In this document: piece by piece, positions 13,101 through 25,849 of the stretch
How the letters are laid out: each line of letters begins with the position of its first letter
Position numbering within the stretch: the first letter of the stretch is position 1
Assembly (NCBI RefSeq): GCF_963853765.1
Contig: NC_088862.1
Location: 3,658,001-3,722,000, forward strand
Direction: 5' to 3'
DNA from: Magallana gigas
Lineage: Eukaryota
DNA: 64,000 bases
Program-made: the position numbers and the translations under genes
The notes under the pieces: generated by a model
What the model saw: the letters and a program-made list of their open reading frames with translations, nothing else
Told to the model about the DNA's origin: nothing
The model's database searches: none

Positions 13101-16100
13101 GGCTAAAGGTTGCTGTCTAAATTTTAACCTTTCAAAAGGTGCCCCAGTTGTGTTAGAGTTGATATGTTTTTACAACCATTGTTTAAGTCAAGTACTTTTT
13201 AATTATAAAATTTATACATTTGTCCTGAATATTAAGAAATATATTCTCTACATAGCCACTCTTTTTATGATGTGTAGGGGTACTTTGTCGCATGTAAAAT
13301 GTTGGAATCTATGTTAAATCATTAATTTTACAGCCCTGTTGGAAAAGAAAGAAAAGGAGGAGGAGATGGAGTTGATCCCTCACGAGATCCAGATCACTGC
13401 CGATAAAATCAAGAAATTCACCTTCCCAATCTATGTCCCTCCAAATGTCAAAGACGATATGGTGAGAGACTTATTTTCTCTTTTTATACAAAATTCTAGA
13501 TGTATGAAACAATTTTTTTTTTTTAAATTTTAATTCATGACATTAAAGATGCTTTAAATAATGTGCGAGATATATTTTTCATTTTTAAAGAATAAAAAAG
13601 CACTGAAGGACTGCACTCCTAATAAGAATTTCAAACAGTTTATCAATTTTCTCCCAAAAATGTATTGATGATTTTGTTCTTCTTTCATTTAGGCCCCTGA
13701 TGCTCTCGGTAAAGTCCCGTACAAACCCTCAGAGGTTGTGGTCAAGAGGAAAGTGCCCTTCTTTGGTCTCAAAGTCCCCAAGCATTATTCGTTACTAGGT
13801 TATGACAAACACCTTGTGCATGAAGCCTCGCGGGGATATGTGGCTCCCAAGCTGCCACGCCCTCTCAGGACAGGGGCTGAGGTATGTACCTCTTTCTCTA
13901 TCTTTCTCTCTCTCTCTCTCTCTCAACATCCTTTTTCTTATGATCCAAGATGTTTCAGTTATATGATCAGATAATTTTCAAGCAACTCTTCTTTGTTTGC
14001 CAAAGCAAATATCCCTGTATAGTGAATATTTGTCAGCAGCTTTGTATAGTACTATAATTGTATTTTTTTCTTGAAGTCATTTACACTGCAAATTTTACAA
14101 TATTTTATGCATATTCAACCTGACATGTTTTTAAAACAGGATGAGAGTATCAGGATTTCTGTGCCAGTGGAGGAAATAGAGGCTCCCCCCACAGAAGCTG
14201 CGGCAGTGGAAGACGCCACACAGGACGTGGTCCGCGAGGGGTCTGCCGTGAAGAAGACCCAGCAAGTGGTGGCACTGACACCACCAAAGGCTCTGTTCCA
14301 ACCAATAGAATATCCTTCCCTCCATATATTTGTAAGTCAATGGAATAACCATCATTCCATATACCGGTATGTGTTATGAGGTCAGTTGTTGAAATAACTG
14401 TCCCTCCATATATTTGTAAGTCAGTCAATAGAATATCCATCTATCTATCCATGTATTCATGTAAAATAAATAAAAAGTTCAGTTCACATATTTTTAACCC
14501 TTTTTGAGATGTCAACCAATATATATGCAAGTCAATGAGATTGCTCAGTGTAAGGCGCATCAAAATTGGTGCATACATTTATGCAGAGACTAGATAATCT
14601 GGATTTTTTAATTTGTCCATGCTCTTCATTTATAAAAGTTTTTAAGGTTAAATTTGTGCTTAACACCGTGTGAATTTGCAAAATGTGGCGCATTTAAATT
14701 TGATTTTTCAAAAAAAAGCATACAGGACCAGAAGAACACTCCAAATTGTTCAGAGACTATACACTCTTTCACAGTCTGATATCCCTCAAACTTTGTCCAG
14801 AGACTTTACACTTTGATTTCTCTTACAGAACCCCGCCCCAGGGCTACAGGTGTTCCAGGCCCCGGTCCCTTACTCGGAGACAGACTCAGACTTCCACCTG
14901 TGTCCTATACCTACCTACTTCAAGAAGGACCATGCCACTAATCCGCACTCCGCCACACAGAGGCGGTACCTGGACAGAGAGGTGAATATCATTGCTGAAA
15001 TCTACTTATGTGATTATGAAACTCATGTAGACAATTTCATTTCTAAAGTGTACTTGGTCTTAATTTCATGGGAAAATGAATTAAATCTGTAATCTACTTT
15101 TCCAAATTTGAGAATTGTAAAATCAATTTTTTTTTTCTTTCAAAATGGAAGACCAAAAATTTTAGCACTTCAATGTATAAACTTTAATCATTGTTCCATT
15201 TGTTATACAGGACACAATCAGGGGCATTATGGGATGGAAGAAGTTCCCCTCCCAGGGCCTGACCTCCCTGGCCAACACCCCCACTCTGACCAGTGTGTGG
15301 GTCCCTCGATGGTGAGTCTGACCTACTTATGGTGAAGTTTGACCTATTTCTGATGCCTTATTCAAATTACAGTTAAACACAGTTATAAAGAACATGCTTA
15401 TAATGAATTGACTCTTACAGTGAAGTAATTCTCATCTCATTGACTATATTACATGTTGTAAACTTCATGATTATAATGAATTTTGCTTATAACAAAGCAA
15501 AATCACCCATCTGTCTGTCTACTACTGAAAACCTTCTATTTTCACAAGACAAAGAGACTTCATAATTGAGGTTAAGGTTATTTATGACCTATACTCTGGG
15601 GAATACAATACTTTTGTAATGTATAGAAGTTTTTCTACAAATTACAGTATTCTATTATTTGTACTCTGTTTAAAGAACAACTTTTTTACGCTCAATATGT
15701 CTGATTTTCTTTGTTGCCAGGGACGACCAGTTTGGCAGTGACCTTCTCCCAGAGGAAGTCCCCGTTCTTCTTGATCAGTTACCAGAGGATGACAGGCAAA
15801 ACATTGAAGAGTAAGGGGTTGTACTAAATTCTGTCAACCAAAAATCTGTTCAAATTCCTTATCAATCAAACATTGAAGAGCAAGTTTCAATCAAGAATCT
15901 TTACAAATTTCTATTGAGTCATTGACGAGTAACAATTTGTACAAATTTTTGTTAATCAAACCTTAAGGAGGAACAATTTGTATAAATTTCAGTCTAATTC
16001 CTGACCATGTTTATGACCTTGATGCTTTTCCTATTATACAAATTACCGCCTGCAGGTCCAGGTTTGGGGCGAATTACAGTGTTAAGTAATGCATTACTTT

Positions 16101-17149
16101 GCCATTACTTGTAATGCTAAATTTGTGGCACTACACATTACTAGCATTACTTTGAGAACAAGTACAAGTAATGCATTGCAATACAATACCTTTACATATG
16201 ACATTACTCCAACCCTGCCCTAGTCACCATTGATTTTTTTACTGCTATAAAAAGAATAAGACATATGAAGAGAGATGTGGTTATATCTGAAGTTGAAATT
16301 TTGTTTTACAGTGAAGACCATGAGAACTTCACACAAAGTGTAGAAATGACCTTGACCCCTGATATGGTGGCTGCCCAGTTCTCAATTATTGACCCCAAGG
16401 TTCCAACCGAGGAAAAAATAGCACCGTAAGTGTGGAACAGAATCACGTAGTGTGAATTTGAGTTTCAGTATATAAGGTTGTTCTCTTGTTAGTAGTTTTT
16501 TTTATCATAATTATTCAAATATAGTTGAGTCTGCGCCAGCCAATCAAATAGCATGTTACAGGTAAGATTATTATGGACTGTATTTCATATGAAAATATTT
16601 TTTTTTTGCTATTCAGAGATTCTTTCCCTCATGGAAATAAGCTACCGTCTACCAATATACCTGTGTCTACATATGGTCCAGTACCAAGGTATGTTAACAT
16701 AACATGCACAAATGAATTAAACTAGCTGTCAGTCTTCATACTAGCTGTTGCCTTCCTTGTTTTTTATGTGATTTTTCATTAGGAATGGCATTTTAGCTGG
16801 GATTTATTATATAGTAATTATATGTGTCATATTGATTTTTCTTTCAAACTGTCAAAGTTGAAATATTAAATGTGTGTAATGTGGTTTTGGTTTAATAATT
16901 TTAAGAGGAGGTTTTTTTGTGGATGGAAGGGAGTTAATCATTCAGGAGCATTGAACATACATACAAATTTTCCCCATTAATTTTCATCTTTCTTAAAAAC
17001 ATGTTTTTTTTTATTTTTGCAGAGAAAAAAGAGAAGAGGAATTAGAATATTTTATGACCAAGAAATACAACCGTTTAGGATCCAAGATTCAGACACGAAA
17101 TACCACTCTGTCCAATATTGTTACAGACCCAGATCTTCTTCTGAAGTGA
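7169..17149 (+). CDS. CFAP221: Cilia- and flagella-associated protein 221 (PCDP1), complete, about 900 aa, 21 coding exons
   Basis: Exons 7169-7313, 7664-7851, 8126-8221, 8450-8550, 8891-8994, 9229-9385, 9795-9933, 10485-10602, 10732-10781, 11160-11312, 12403-12591, 12924-13020, 13334-13461, 13693-13881, 14140-14331, 14829-14981, 15211-15311, 15721-15810, 16312-16425, 16617-16688 and 17023-17149. Phases are consistent, the total is 2703 nt and it ends in TGA. Motifs [56 protein letters not shown] and ISQFNSQP match the CFAP221 N-terminus as recalled. Confidence 0.92.
9534..9709. mobile_element. Tc1/mariner/pogo-type MITE with TA TSD in a CFAP221 intron
   Basis: TA|CAGTTGAACTTCGATATCTCGAAC ... 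GTTCGAGATAACAAAGTTTGACTG|TA, with internal GATATCTCGAA repeats. Confidence 0.7.
16059..16217. mobile_element. Small MITE (CAGG...CCTG ends, internal GTAATGCATTAC palindromes)
   Basis: CAGGTTTGGGGCGAATTAC at the left and ATTACTCCAACCCTG at the right. No clear TSD. Confidence 0.4.
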
Positions 17150-17496
17150 ACAAAATTATTATTCTGAATTTTCTCTGTTTACACCTCATCAGTGAATATC
17201 TGTGCACAGTAACTATATCAAACCTCAATACCTTTTAATTTTCTGTCTTGAAAGAAACCTGTTAAAGAGAATGTTTGTTACAAGTTGTTTTGAAAAATTG
17301 ATGGAATGCTTGAAGAAAACTTTTAGTGTGGGACTTTTGAGATAGAGAGTCGGAATATCTTATTGAAGATTTATAATAACTTGATTCAAATACAGAAATG
17401 AGTGTAAAACTTTTAAAAAGAGTGCTCCAACTTATGATTTCAGCCGTCCAAACCTTGTGAAATCTGTGATATATGTATGTAACCATACATTTTGTA

Positions 17497-17502
17497 AATA
17501 AA
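17497..17502 (+). promoter_or_regulatory. Candidate polyadenylation signal for CFAP221
   Basis: AATAAA about 350 nt after the stop codon, followed by T/GT-rich sequence. Confidence 0.45.
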
Positions 17503-20500
17503 ATGTCTATTTATATTTGATGGTATGTTGTCTCGATATTTTGATGTTGTCTAGTTTGTATATAAGATATGGAGTGTGTGCCGGACCCAATTTGTTGATA
17601 ACTGGCAACACTAAAACATCCCCATTTCCCAGTTTGATGTTTTGCTTTAAATGTATTACATGTGGCTGCATATTCTATTTAGCATTTTTGCAGGAAAGCA
17701 GTTTCTGCTAAATCATGTACATTGCTATAAAATGCAATCTAAAAAAATAGGAACATTCAAATATGCTAAATCAGATCCATGCTAATTAACTTAGTAAAAA
17801 ATCATTTTCAGCCAAAAATATTGTACACACTATTAAATATTTACAGTAAATTTTCCAGCAATCGTTTACCCAAAATTTGATATAAAACTTGCATCTATAT
17901 ACTCCTGCATTCACTGCATAACAAAAGGTCAATAAAATATTAGAAACTTAACTTGAAATATGATATTAGTATTAATTTTGTCCAAATCATCCCAAATACA
18001 TTCATTTGCTTATATTTGGAGTAGGATACTATGCTTTTTTTAATATGATTAATACACCATTAAAGTGTTACAAAATTCACAATTTAAGTAGAGGCTCCTT
18101 TGCTTATCATAACCTTGCAATATTTGTACAGGCTAAGGAAAAAGATTTGTAAAAATTTGAGCATATTCGTATTCAATTTAGTCCTCACTCCTGACCCAAG
18201 GATCATGTATTAATTAAAACAATTTTGGCAGAGGCACTTTTGCATATCATATCCATTTACTTTCAATAAGACAAGAAGCTGATTTTGAAAGATTGCATTA
18301 ATTTTACAGTTCTTATCAAAATTCTGAATCTTTTGTTCACAAATATCTATTTAGTTTCCAGTTTCCATTTTCCACCTGATGTTACACACCAAGTTTTGGA
18401 AAAGGCTCAACAGTTTTTCAACAATGATGGTCAAACACAGCAATTCAGAAGTTCATTTACTAGGCAAACCACTGTAGGTGACCTAATATAAATCCTTGAT
18501 CGTCTTTGTGTGGCCTCAGTCAAGTTGAATTACAACCTCCACAGAAATTTTATTGCAAAAAGATTTAATAAAAACAATTTGCCAACAAAAATATCTGTGG
18601 GGGCAACCTGAAAGTATTCCAAAAAAAGCAAAGCAACAAATTAAGCACATTGCACAAAACATGGGTGTATCTCCTCCTTCAGAGTTCTCAACTCCAGCGT
18701 TGGCCCCCTCTTTGTTTTTAAGACGTTTGTTCATCATCCAAAGTAAGACCTTGAGTTGGCAGTGTCTGATCCAGTGGTTTGGCCTTATAGGGGTGGTTCC
18801 TGAACAAAATAAGGTATTAAAACCACTTCTACTTGGAACTGAATGACTATGCTAGTCGTATATACAGAGATAAATTAAACAATTTGTTTTATAACAAAAA
18901 AACCTACTCTAAAAGTACTCAAAATCATTGTACTTGCAGGCTTTACAAAACAAAACAAGAAAGAGATATTCTTTCAAAACAATATTGTGTACAAAAGAAC
19001 TAATCTAAATAAACATATCTAAGAAACAATTAAACTTGACTATTTCCAAGAAACCATACATGATTACAAATGACGCCCTAGAAGGTGGACTATACTCACA
19101 AATTCATGCACAAAGAATTTTTAGGTAAATATACACTTTTCTATAGCGTCTGGCAGACTTCATTGGCCTCTGTAGATGCTGCATCCACTGCAACTTTGCA
19201 GAATATTAGAATAGGATTAAATTAAAATTAGAATACCCATTGGCAAAAAGAAATTGCAGCATATAAGACATCTCATCAAAATCATCACACATTGATACAA
19301 CAAGCAAAAAGAACCACATAAAGCAAACTGAATACATACCTTGCCTTAGAGATATAAACAATGCCAAAAAATATGTTCAAGTAGACAATGAAATTACTGG
19401 GAACAAAATTTAGCATGCATTAAAAACAACAACACACAATTAAAATACATACCTCACAACAGGACAACAAACAAATACATGTATTAACAATAAAATGTCT
19501 TACTCTCTCTGTTAGCAGATATCGTTTCCTTGCACCTTACCAGGAGGAGGGCAGGACTAGTAAAATAGAATTCATCAAAAACAACAGAAATACATACCTT
19601 GCATATCCCAATCACATACAACAATATTTAAAATTAAAAACATATCTCACTTAATACAACAAAATTAATTAAATAAATGCTAAATACATGTAGATGATTA
19701 ATTACAGTAAATCTTAATCTCCGCCACCATCAGATATGAGAAAAAAACACAACATTAAAATTTTTTTAAAGAAAAAACAATACAAGTCATGTCAATTTTA
19801 TAATCCCACTATATATTACAAATATAATCCCAATATACATTACAAATGTAAACAACACAAACAATGTCAAACACTATTTTTAAATACAAACCAATAAAGG
19901 ACTTTGTCTTCATCTGTTGCTGGCTTTGCATACATCTTAGATATGCTGCATGATCATGGCCATGTTAAGACTATACTTTAGAATTCATAAAGAAGGAGAG
20001 TTTTGTATAAGGATATAGGAAAATATCGGTATTCATTTAAAGGGTTATTCAAATATTAGAAATTCTTCTCTACCAAAATGATAGTTAATATGCTTACAAA
20101 TTTATTGTAATTTTCCCAAATTTTAAGGTAGATGCAATGGTTAAGCCTCCTTAAGCCTAATATTACCGTAGAAATTCTTTATTTTCCAAAGACTGATCCA
20201 TTCTGATGTCACCTGTGTACCATACATGCTGCTGCCACCGTCGATACTAAAACCAAACAACAGCCCCAAAACACAACACACAATTCAACAACACAAAGAT
20301 ATGCATCATACACAACAATACAGGATAAACCCAACAGAAACAATAATGTGCACACCATCAATTATAACTCTGAACAATAAAAAAAAAAGTGGCAAACACA
20401 AATTACAAAATTACTCATTATACACAAGATGTAATATTATATGAATAGAAAACAAACACAGCTGCACACAATGAATTTTAGGATAAAAAAACACATGCAA

Positions 20501-20639
20501 GAATTTAAAATACAATCATTATGGAAAATGACATACCTTTTCTTTGCTGAATATTACTGTTTGTACCTTTGCTCTGGCAGTTCCCTTCAAGAACTGGGGA
20601 ATAAAGCTGATGATTCCCATGTTTACTGATGAAGGGCTT

Positions 20640-21590
20640 CCCTGTGTTTGGTTATGTGCTGATTGGTCCTCTGTGTGTTGGTAGATCCTTTCTGTGTTTT
20701 TTGGTTCTTCTATGTGCTGATGGTTCCATTGTGTGCTGGTGGTTCCATTGTGTGCTGGCAGTTCCTCAATGTGATGATGGCTCATCAATGTGCTGATGGT
20801 TCCTTGATATGCTAACAGTTCCTCAATTTGCTGATGATTTCTACCCATGCTAAATTGCAAATGGTTCCTTTTTTAGCTAGTGGTTCTTCTATGTCCTGGT
20901 AATTTCTCTGTTTGTGATGGCTCCTCTGTTTGTGGTGGATCCTCTGTGTGCATGGCTCTTAAATGTGCTGAAGGCTCCTCAATATGCTGGTAGTTCCTCT
21001 GTGTGTTGAAGGCTCCTCAATGTGCCGATGGTTTCTATGTGTGCTGCTGGTTCCTCAATGTGCTGCTGGTTCCTCAATGTTCAAATGGTTCCTCTGTGTG
21101 CTGCTGGTTCCTTAGTGTGCTACTGGTTTCTCTGTGAGCTGCTGGTTCCTCAATGTGCTGCTGGTTCTTCAATATGCTGATGGTTTCTCTCTGCTATTGG
21201 TTCCTCTGTGCTGATAGTTCCTCATTGTGATGGTATTCCTCTGGGTTTTATGGTTTCTCTCTGCTAATGGTTCCTCAGTGCTGATAGTTTCTCAATATGC
21301 TGATGGTTTCTCAATATGCTGATGGTTCCTCTGTGCTGATAGTTCCTAAATCTGCTGGTATTCCTCTGGGTTTTATGGCTCCTCTATGCTAATGGTTCCT
21401 CAATATGCTGTCCCTCTAAGTGCTGATGGTTGATCAGTGCTGTTAGTTCCTCAATATGCCAATGGTTCCTCTGTGTGATTATTGCTCCTCAATATGCTGA
21501 TGGTTCCTCCTTGTGCTGATGGTTCCTCTGTTTTAGCGTTTCCTCTGTGTGATAAAGGTTCTGGTTGCTTTCCTGTGTTTCCTCTGTAAA
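20640..21590. repeat. Degenerate minisatellite, about 20-bp unit (TGCTGATGGTTCCTCAATG / TGCTGATGGTTCCTCTGTG)
   Basis: Dozens of GGTTCCTC-centred units with variable spacing. Confidence 0.85.
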
Positions 21591-21995
21591 TTGTCTCCAC
21601 GTTTAAAGTATCTAAAAAGTAACAAAGAAATTTTACATCTCGCATCCTAAATATTATCCATCAAATATAAATGTTTTGTTCTTTACATCATGTATTTTCA
21701 TATGCTCCCTCCATGCATCCACGCTTTGAGAAACATTATTTAATGATGTTTAAAAAAATTATATAAACAGTTTCAACTGTCTTTGTCTGTGATAACGTTA
21801 CGAATCAATTTTGAACCCTAAAACCCAATGATTTTATAAAACATGAGTGACACAAAATGGGCGTGTCTTATAGCATAACCGAAAAAGGGTATTGGCTGCG
21901 CCGCGTAGTAATACATGTACATAGCATGTGCTACATAAGAAAATAGTGATTTTAAAATAATGTTTTTTGAAGTGTACAAATTGGAAATAATATAC

Positions 21996-22951
21996 ATTGG
22001 CGGATCCAGAGGGGGGGTTCCGGGGGTCGGAACCCCCCCTTTCTCTGAGACATATGTTTTTTTTGAAAACTTGTAATGCCTATTTAAAGGCAATTTTTCC
22101 CATTTATACCATAAATACTTTAATTATTTCAAATAAATGCTTTTAAAATTGCTCATCTAAAGAATTTCTTATGCGGGTTATGCTATTTTTCTGGAATGCT
22201 AGCTGCCTTAATACCTGAATCACAAACGAAGCCTTCCCAACCCCCCCAACCCCCCATGAATCGGAAATTACGTTACAAAAATACCGTGTAAGGGGTTTAT
22301 ATGTAAACCATTATGTAAATGCACAACTTTTCACAACTTTCTTGAATATGATCGCATCTGTACTAGTGCCGGGTGATGTTGCGCACCCATTACAGAGGTC
22401 ACATCAAGTTCCCTGGGACGACTATTGCTTGTACCATTGTATTACACATGTACAATCTATTCAGCACATTAAGTATCCCAATTTTTTGTCATATCCTATC
22501 ATTTAGACCTTTATTTAAGAAGGCAATCAATAGAAATCAAAATCGATAAATAGTTTAGAATTTAAACATCAAAGACATAAAAAAATTACCAAAAAATTTA
22601 TATTTATAATAGCTTGTCGTAATAAGTCTGAATCATTTTTTTTTTTGTTTTTAGTGTTTCTTTCTATTAAGCATAAACGTACGTTCTCATTGCTGGAGAC
22701 TTGTTTTTTTTTCTTAGGCTAGAAATTGTGCAAATCGTCCTTACCTAACCCAAAACGCTTAATAAATGCAGTGCACTCTGATATTAAGATAGGTATGAAA
22801 TACATGTAGATATTGACGAGATAACTGTTAATTAAATTTACGCATGGAAAACGTTCAAAAGGCCTTGTTTGTTGAAAAATAATGAATTTTGCACGTATTG
22901 ATTTTCATTAATTGGAACCCCCCCTTTTCCAAATTGCTGGATCCGCCTCTG
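21996..22951. mobile_element. Non-autonomous TIR element (GGCGGATCCAG termini with subterminal G/C runs), about 950 bp
   Basis: CATTGGCGGATCCAGAGGGGGGG at the left end and CCCCCC...CTGGATCCGCCTCTG at the right end, with TA-rich flanks. Confidence 0.65.
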
Positions 22952-22960
22952 ATATAAATA

Positions 22961-23120
22961 TAAGGAATAAGGAATCATTCTTTGAATATGATGAGGTTAT
23001 AATTTCGGTCGGAGCGTGGTAAAATCTATCATAAAGCCCTTCGGGCTTTATTGGATTTAACCCCGCCCCCGACCGAAATTATCACCTCATAATACTCAAA
23101 GAATGATTCCTTATTCCTTA
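22961..23120. mobile_element. 160-bp foldback element with a GCCC-GAA-GGGC apex on the - strand
   Basis: TAAGGAATAAGGAATCATTCTTTGA... pairs with ...TCAAAGAATGATTCCTTATTCCTTA, with few mismatches along the arms. Confidence 0.7.
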
Positions 23121-25849
23121 AATAACAACTTGAAACAGTGATCACGTGCTCACCCTCAAGATATCAGTTTTAGTCTAATGTTTATATTCTTTACCATGGC
23201 CATAGTTCGGTTTGTACAGAACAACGTACTTCTGACTTTTCGCCTGTTTTACATTTTAGCCTTTTCGATTTACGTCAAACTAGACAATTATTATTTTATC
23301 TGAAGACCGTGTGATGAAGATTGGCCTAATTAAAAAACAAAAACAAAGGGTATTTATATATCAAAGAGGAAAAAGATTGATGAAGCACAAACCAAACTTC
23401 CATTTTTGTTGCGTACCTTGTCCAGTTTCTTCATTGCCGTATCCGGGCATCTTTTCTTCTGTATCCATGGAGGAGTTTTTCTTTCTTACATTTGTTAAAA
23501 TTCATAATTCTGGACATATTCTAACTTATATTGACAAAAATAGTCATGTATGAATGGATACCAAGTTTGTTTTAGCGAACAGTTATCCCTATAAGCCATA
23601 TTCTTTTCTATTTCCATACCTATATACACGTGAAAACATCTTGAAAGAAGTTGAATGCACCCTTGTCTAAACCACCCAACCAATGAACTCCACAGGGCTC
23701 AGAGATTGTAAAAAAAAAGTTACAAATGTGCTTACCAGCTGGATCGAGAAACACGAAACTACCAATGTAGTTCACTCACAGTAGTTCACCAATTCAGTCA
23801 GGCTACCAGTTTCCTAGTATATGTGCTTCTAAGGCAAAAGTTATGAACAAATGCATTGGTACAATTTTGAACATCACTCCTCGTCGAGGTCTGGCCCGGG
23901 ACTGCACGAGTTCACTATACTTCGCGACTGGCCAAACTGGTTTACTAAATATAGTTTTAATTGCTGACTAACACTCATACTTACGGAACAACGCACTGGC
24001 CAGAATTATAACTTCAAAACTTGAAACCCAACAAAATAATCTCGATAGTACTATATTGCTAATTACCAAATATTTTTTGTCATTACATAAGATATTAATT
24101 TTTGGGAAAGATCTTCAAAACTTTAGTGCATTCTGCGTAATTTCTTTTAAAGCATTCAGCGTATTATCGACCATATTTGATAAGTCACACAACAAAAAGG
24201 TTCCGGGCCCGCTTGACCCCCCCCCCCCCCCCGTGAATCGTAAACTGTTGGCTAGCGAAGATGGTGAAACTAAAATTCATTTCCTTATATTTTTTTTGGT
24301 GAAAGAAATCTATATCTGTCACATAAATATATGTTTTGTTAAGTATGTTCACTCCCAACTTGGTTTCCTCGGCACAAAAATGGCTTTATAGAAGAACCCC
24401 ATCCCTCCTCAAAAACTGACGTAAAAGTCCCTAGATAATTCAAAACGACACTATTATTTATAGAATAGTATGCCTTATATATATATTATTCTGGCTTTCG
24501 TTTGAGTTACATGTATATCATCATTCTATTTATATCTCAAATCAATATATACATGCACCTAAAAATATAACCAAAGCTAAAACTTTATAATATATATCTA
24601 TATAACTATAATATACCGGTAATAGTGGTATTTGATCAAACATAATGTCAAACTAGTATATAAAGCTTCAACATTTTCCATGTTTCCAAAAGCACGTGCT
24701 TGACCGACGAAAACCCGGTTTATATAGAAACATGATTTTTGTTTTACTGCACACCCTTGTGTAAACCTTCTGTATCTTAAGGTGTCCCCTAAAGCTTCAC
24801 GGGCTTTGACCTTCTTACATCCTTACTGACCGGGATACTAGCTAGTATCCCGATCTAATAGGTATTGTGTGATCCGGGTGTGACGAAGAGATCAACTGAT
24901 GCATATCCTGTCTCTTATTAAGCTGTTTTTGGTTGTAAATTGTTTGTTTGTGTGTTTGTTTTGAGGGGTTGGAGGGAGGGGGTAATAATTTGTGCATTTT
25001 CTTTACATAGAAATGAGAAGCTTTGAATAAAAACTGTAGTGACAAAAAGGGGGGTGTTCATTACCTATAGTTATATTAATTAAGGTATTGTCCAATATTT
25101 CCTGAAAGACACGGATTAAACCCTGTTGGTTCCCTGTATGCCGGACTACAGTGCATGTTTACACGGGTTCATTATCCCTGTTCAGATAGCCGTGAACAAT
25201 GTATATATACACGGTCCCTCGGGTTTAAATATGGACAAGAAATCAATGTGTATATATCTACGTATATCTGCATTGCCAACACACCGACACTCCACCTTCT
25301 TTCGAAATCGGGTGAGTTAATTGAATTACCAAGAAGATTCAATACAATTAATTTTAAAATTAAATTCAATAATATCTCGAAATCGCAGTAATTTTTGTTG
25401 GCTCAACCTGCATTGTGATGTTTTATTTTGCTGAGTTTGCAGAACATTTATATAATGGTATTTTTCGTGACCCCTGCCTATTAGCTCAGAGATTTTCTGA
25501 GTGCAGTTGAATTTATCGATCTAGATTTGGAGTCTCGTCGGTTTTCTTGGTATTCACTTTCGACCAGTGCATTACATGCACGCGGTCGTCTCTGACTGCG
25601 GATCAATGGTGTATTGTGGAGTAGATATCTATGTTTTGGTCTCCGTCCTCAATCAATGATGTATTGAATATCTTTGTAGATATAACTGTAAGACTGGCAT
25701 CGACTCATCTTTTATACATGGAGTGCGGGCAGGTGAAGCACCGGCAGTCAGCTGTATTGATCCATTACTGAGTGGAAAAGGACCGAGAGTATCGAAATAA
25801 TCCCTCAGATATCCTCGGGAATTTAGCTTCATCCCAACATTCTCCAACA

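Noticed and set aside
25772-25849. N-terminal 26 aa of the 358-aa track ORF
   Set aside because: It starts at GTG. In a eukaryote the first ATG (25850) is the more likely start and matches the expected PAQR length.
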